Below, in pieces: positions 58,620 to 59,961 of a stretch of 59,961 bases of DNA. The translations under genes and the position numbers were made by a program. The DNA lies in NCBI GenBank assembly GCA_964411065.1, contig CAYPJO010000001.1, forward strand, positions 9,352-69,312. Direction: 5' to 3'. The stretch is from an uncultured Thermodesulfovibrio sp. (GTDB taxonomy: Bacteria > Nitrospirota > Thermodesulfovibrionia > Thermodesulfovibrionales > Dissulfurispiraceae). The notes under the pieces were generated by a model. The model ran no database searches. It was not told where the DNA came from and saw nothing but the letters and a program-made list of their open reading frames with translations. Positions within the stretch are counted from its first letter, which is position 1, and each line of letters opens with the position of its first letter.

Positions 58620-59834
58620 TCACATTCCTGTGATAACGCCACCCAGTTTGAAGATCGGTAAGTATAAAGAAATTACAATAAAACCAATTGTCACACCTAA
58701 AAATATTATCAAAGCTGGTTCGAGCATGGTTGTAAGATTTGTTATCGCCTGATCTACTTCATCATCATAAAAATCTGCGATTTTAGTTAACATTTGCTCA
58801 AGGGAGCCAGTAGTTTCTCCTACTTTGATCATTTGTACGATCATTGGACTAAATATTTTAGAATTTTCCATGATTTCTGAAATAGTCCTACCTTTTGTTA
58901 ACTCTGCTTTAATGTCTAAAACTTCTTTTTCTACTACTTTATTTCCCGATGACTTAGCACATATCTCGAGTGCTTCTAAAAGAGGAACGCCACTACCAAT
59001 AAGAGTTCCTAATGTCCTTGTGAAACGAGCAACTGAAACCTTTTTAACAAGTTCACCAAATAATGGTAAGTCCAATAAGAATTTATCTGTAACCTTTTTT
59101 CCATTTTCTGTCTTTCTATATTGTCCTATGCTTATAAAGGCTATAATAAATGAGATTAAAATTATTAAACCACCAATACCACTAATAAAATTACTGAAAC
59201 CAATTACAATTCGCGTGGGAAGGGGAAGAGTGACACCCATCTCGTTAAATATTTTGGCAAAAATAGGTATCACAAAAATCATAATTATCGCTACTACAAG
59301 TACAGCAACACTCACAATTATTCCCGGATAAATCATTGAACCTTTGACCTTCTTTTTGAGTTTAATCATTTTCTCCATGTGATTTGCCAGACGGATCAGA
59401 ACTGTATCGAGAACTCCCCCTGTTTCACCAGCTGCGACAAGATTAACATATAAACTATCGAAAACTGATGGATATCTTTTTAAAGATTCTGCGACGGTTG
59501 AGCCTGTCTCAATAGAATCCTTCAATTTATTGATAATTTTTTGAAAAGATTTATTCTCAATCTGTTTAGCTATTATCGAGAGTCCTTGTACAATTGGGAT
59601 TCCTGCAGAAAAAAGAGTTGCAAATTGGCGAGTAAAAACGACTATCTCTTTTTCGGTTATCTTCTTTTTCTTTATATGTTCTATTGAGTCCTTTTTCTTT
59701 TCAACAATTGATGTAGGTATGATGCCTCGTCTCCTTAAATCAAAGACGACTTCATCTTTGCTGGATGCGGTTATTTCACCACTTTGTATGGTTCCGGACA
59801 TTGATTTGCCAGTCCATTTAAAGGTTATAGCCAT
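58620..59834 (-). CDS. pilC: Type IV pilus assembly platform protein PilC (GspF family)
   Basis: Two T2SS-F repeats, GETTGSLEQML motif. 404 aa. AAGGAA RBS. Confidence 0.88.
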   Translation of the reverse strand: MAITFKWTGKSMSGTIQSGEITASSKDEVVFDLRRRGIIPTSIVEKKKDSIEHIKKKKITEKEIVVFTRQFATLFSAGIPIVQGLSIIAKQIENKSFQKIINKLKDSIETGSTVAESLKRYPSVFDSLYVNLVAAGETGGVLDTVLIRLANHMEKMIKLKKKVKGSMIYPGIIVSVAVLVVAIIMIFVIPIFAKIFNEMGVTLPLPTRIVIGFSNFISGIGGLIILISFIIAFISIGQYRKTENGKKVTDKFLLDLPLFGELVKKVSVARFTRTLGTLIGSGVPLLEALEICAKSSGNKVVEKEVLDIKAELTKGRTISEIMENSKIFSPMIVQMIKVGETTGSLEQMLTKIADFYDDEVDQAITNLTTMLEPALIIFLGVTIGFIVISLYLPIFKLGGVITGM

Positions 59835-59914
59835 AATTGTTCCTTTTATTTGCTATTTTTTTAAAGTATATAAAATTCTTACCACCTTTTCAAGATATTA
59901 TATTGAGGGTGTGG

Positions 59915-59961
59915 TTACTATTTTAAAATGTCACACTTAATTACTAATTTAAAATGTCACA
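59915..59961. repeat. Direct repeat TTACTA(T/A)TTTAAAATGTCACA x2 with a 26-bp period, truncated by the window edge
   Basis: Read directly. The copies are at 59915-59935 and 59941-59961, with 1 mismatch and a 5-nt spacer CTTAA. Confidence 0.85.

Noticed and set aside
59915-59961. Possible start of a CRISPR array at the window edge
   Set aside because: The repeats are 21 bp and separated by only 5 nt, which is not CRISPR spacing. No cas genes are in the window.

Overview
Visibly AT-rich, gene-dense chromosomal segment from a diderm bacterium (TolC/RND efflux, Slt, EnvC-FtsEX and T2SS-type pseudopilins are present). The futalosine-pathway gene mqnD, a split transketolase and a type I-beta DAHP synthase suggest a Nitrospirota, Thermodesulfobacteriota or Aquificota-like anaerobe or thermophile, but the lineage cannot be fixed from sequence alone. 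Most of the window is housekeeping. This includes glgP; the coaBC-rpoZ-gmk-remA-yicC block; topA, dprA and argG; aroC; an EF-G paralogue with argH; rlmN; ctpA-envC-ftsX-ftsE; the two tkt subunits; dCMP deaminase; DAHP synthase; mqnD; yggS; and one tRNA-Thr(CGU). I saw no transposase, integrase, CRISPR array or rRNA. Five things deserve a second look. (1) A small GC-rich island upstream of the DAHP synthase encodes a 29-aa leader peptide containing WWW-S-FFF, followed by mutually exclusive terminator, antiterminator and anti-antiterminator hairpins. This looks like a candidate aromatic-amino-acid attenuator. (2) A GspE/PilB-like protein keeps both 24-residue MshEN c-di-GMP-binding motifs and a C-terminal Cys knuckle but has no Walker A ATPase core. 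It lies downstream of a C39-like cysteine peptidase lipoprotein and a TPR lipoprotein. (3) An orphan T2SS-type assembly module (GspF-H-I-J-K-L-M) lacks the major pseudopilin, ATPase, secretin and prepilin peptidase. It sits 12 bp behind an alpha-glucan phosphorylase gene and is followed by a signal-peptide-bearing SagB-type dehydrogenase. (4) The GspM/PilO-like gene has an in-frame TAA inside its predicted TM helix, directly after an A10 run. (5) A c-di-GMP-linked signalling operon (REC-PAS-HK, REC-PAS, REC-HD-GYP) is translationally coupled to aroC. All functional calls rest on motifs I could read in the translations. No database search was possible.
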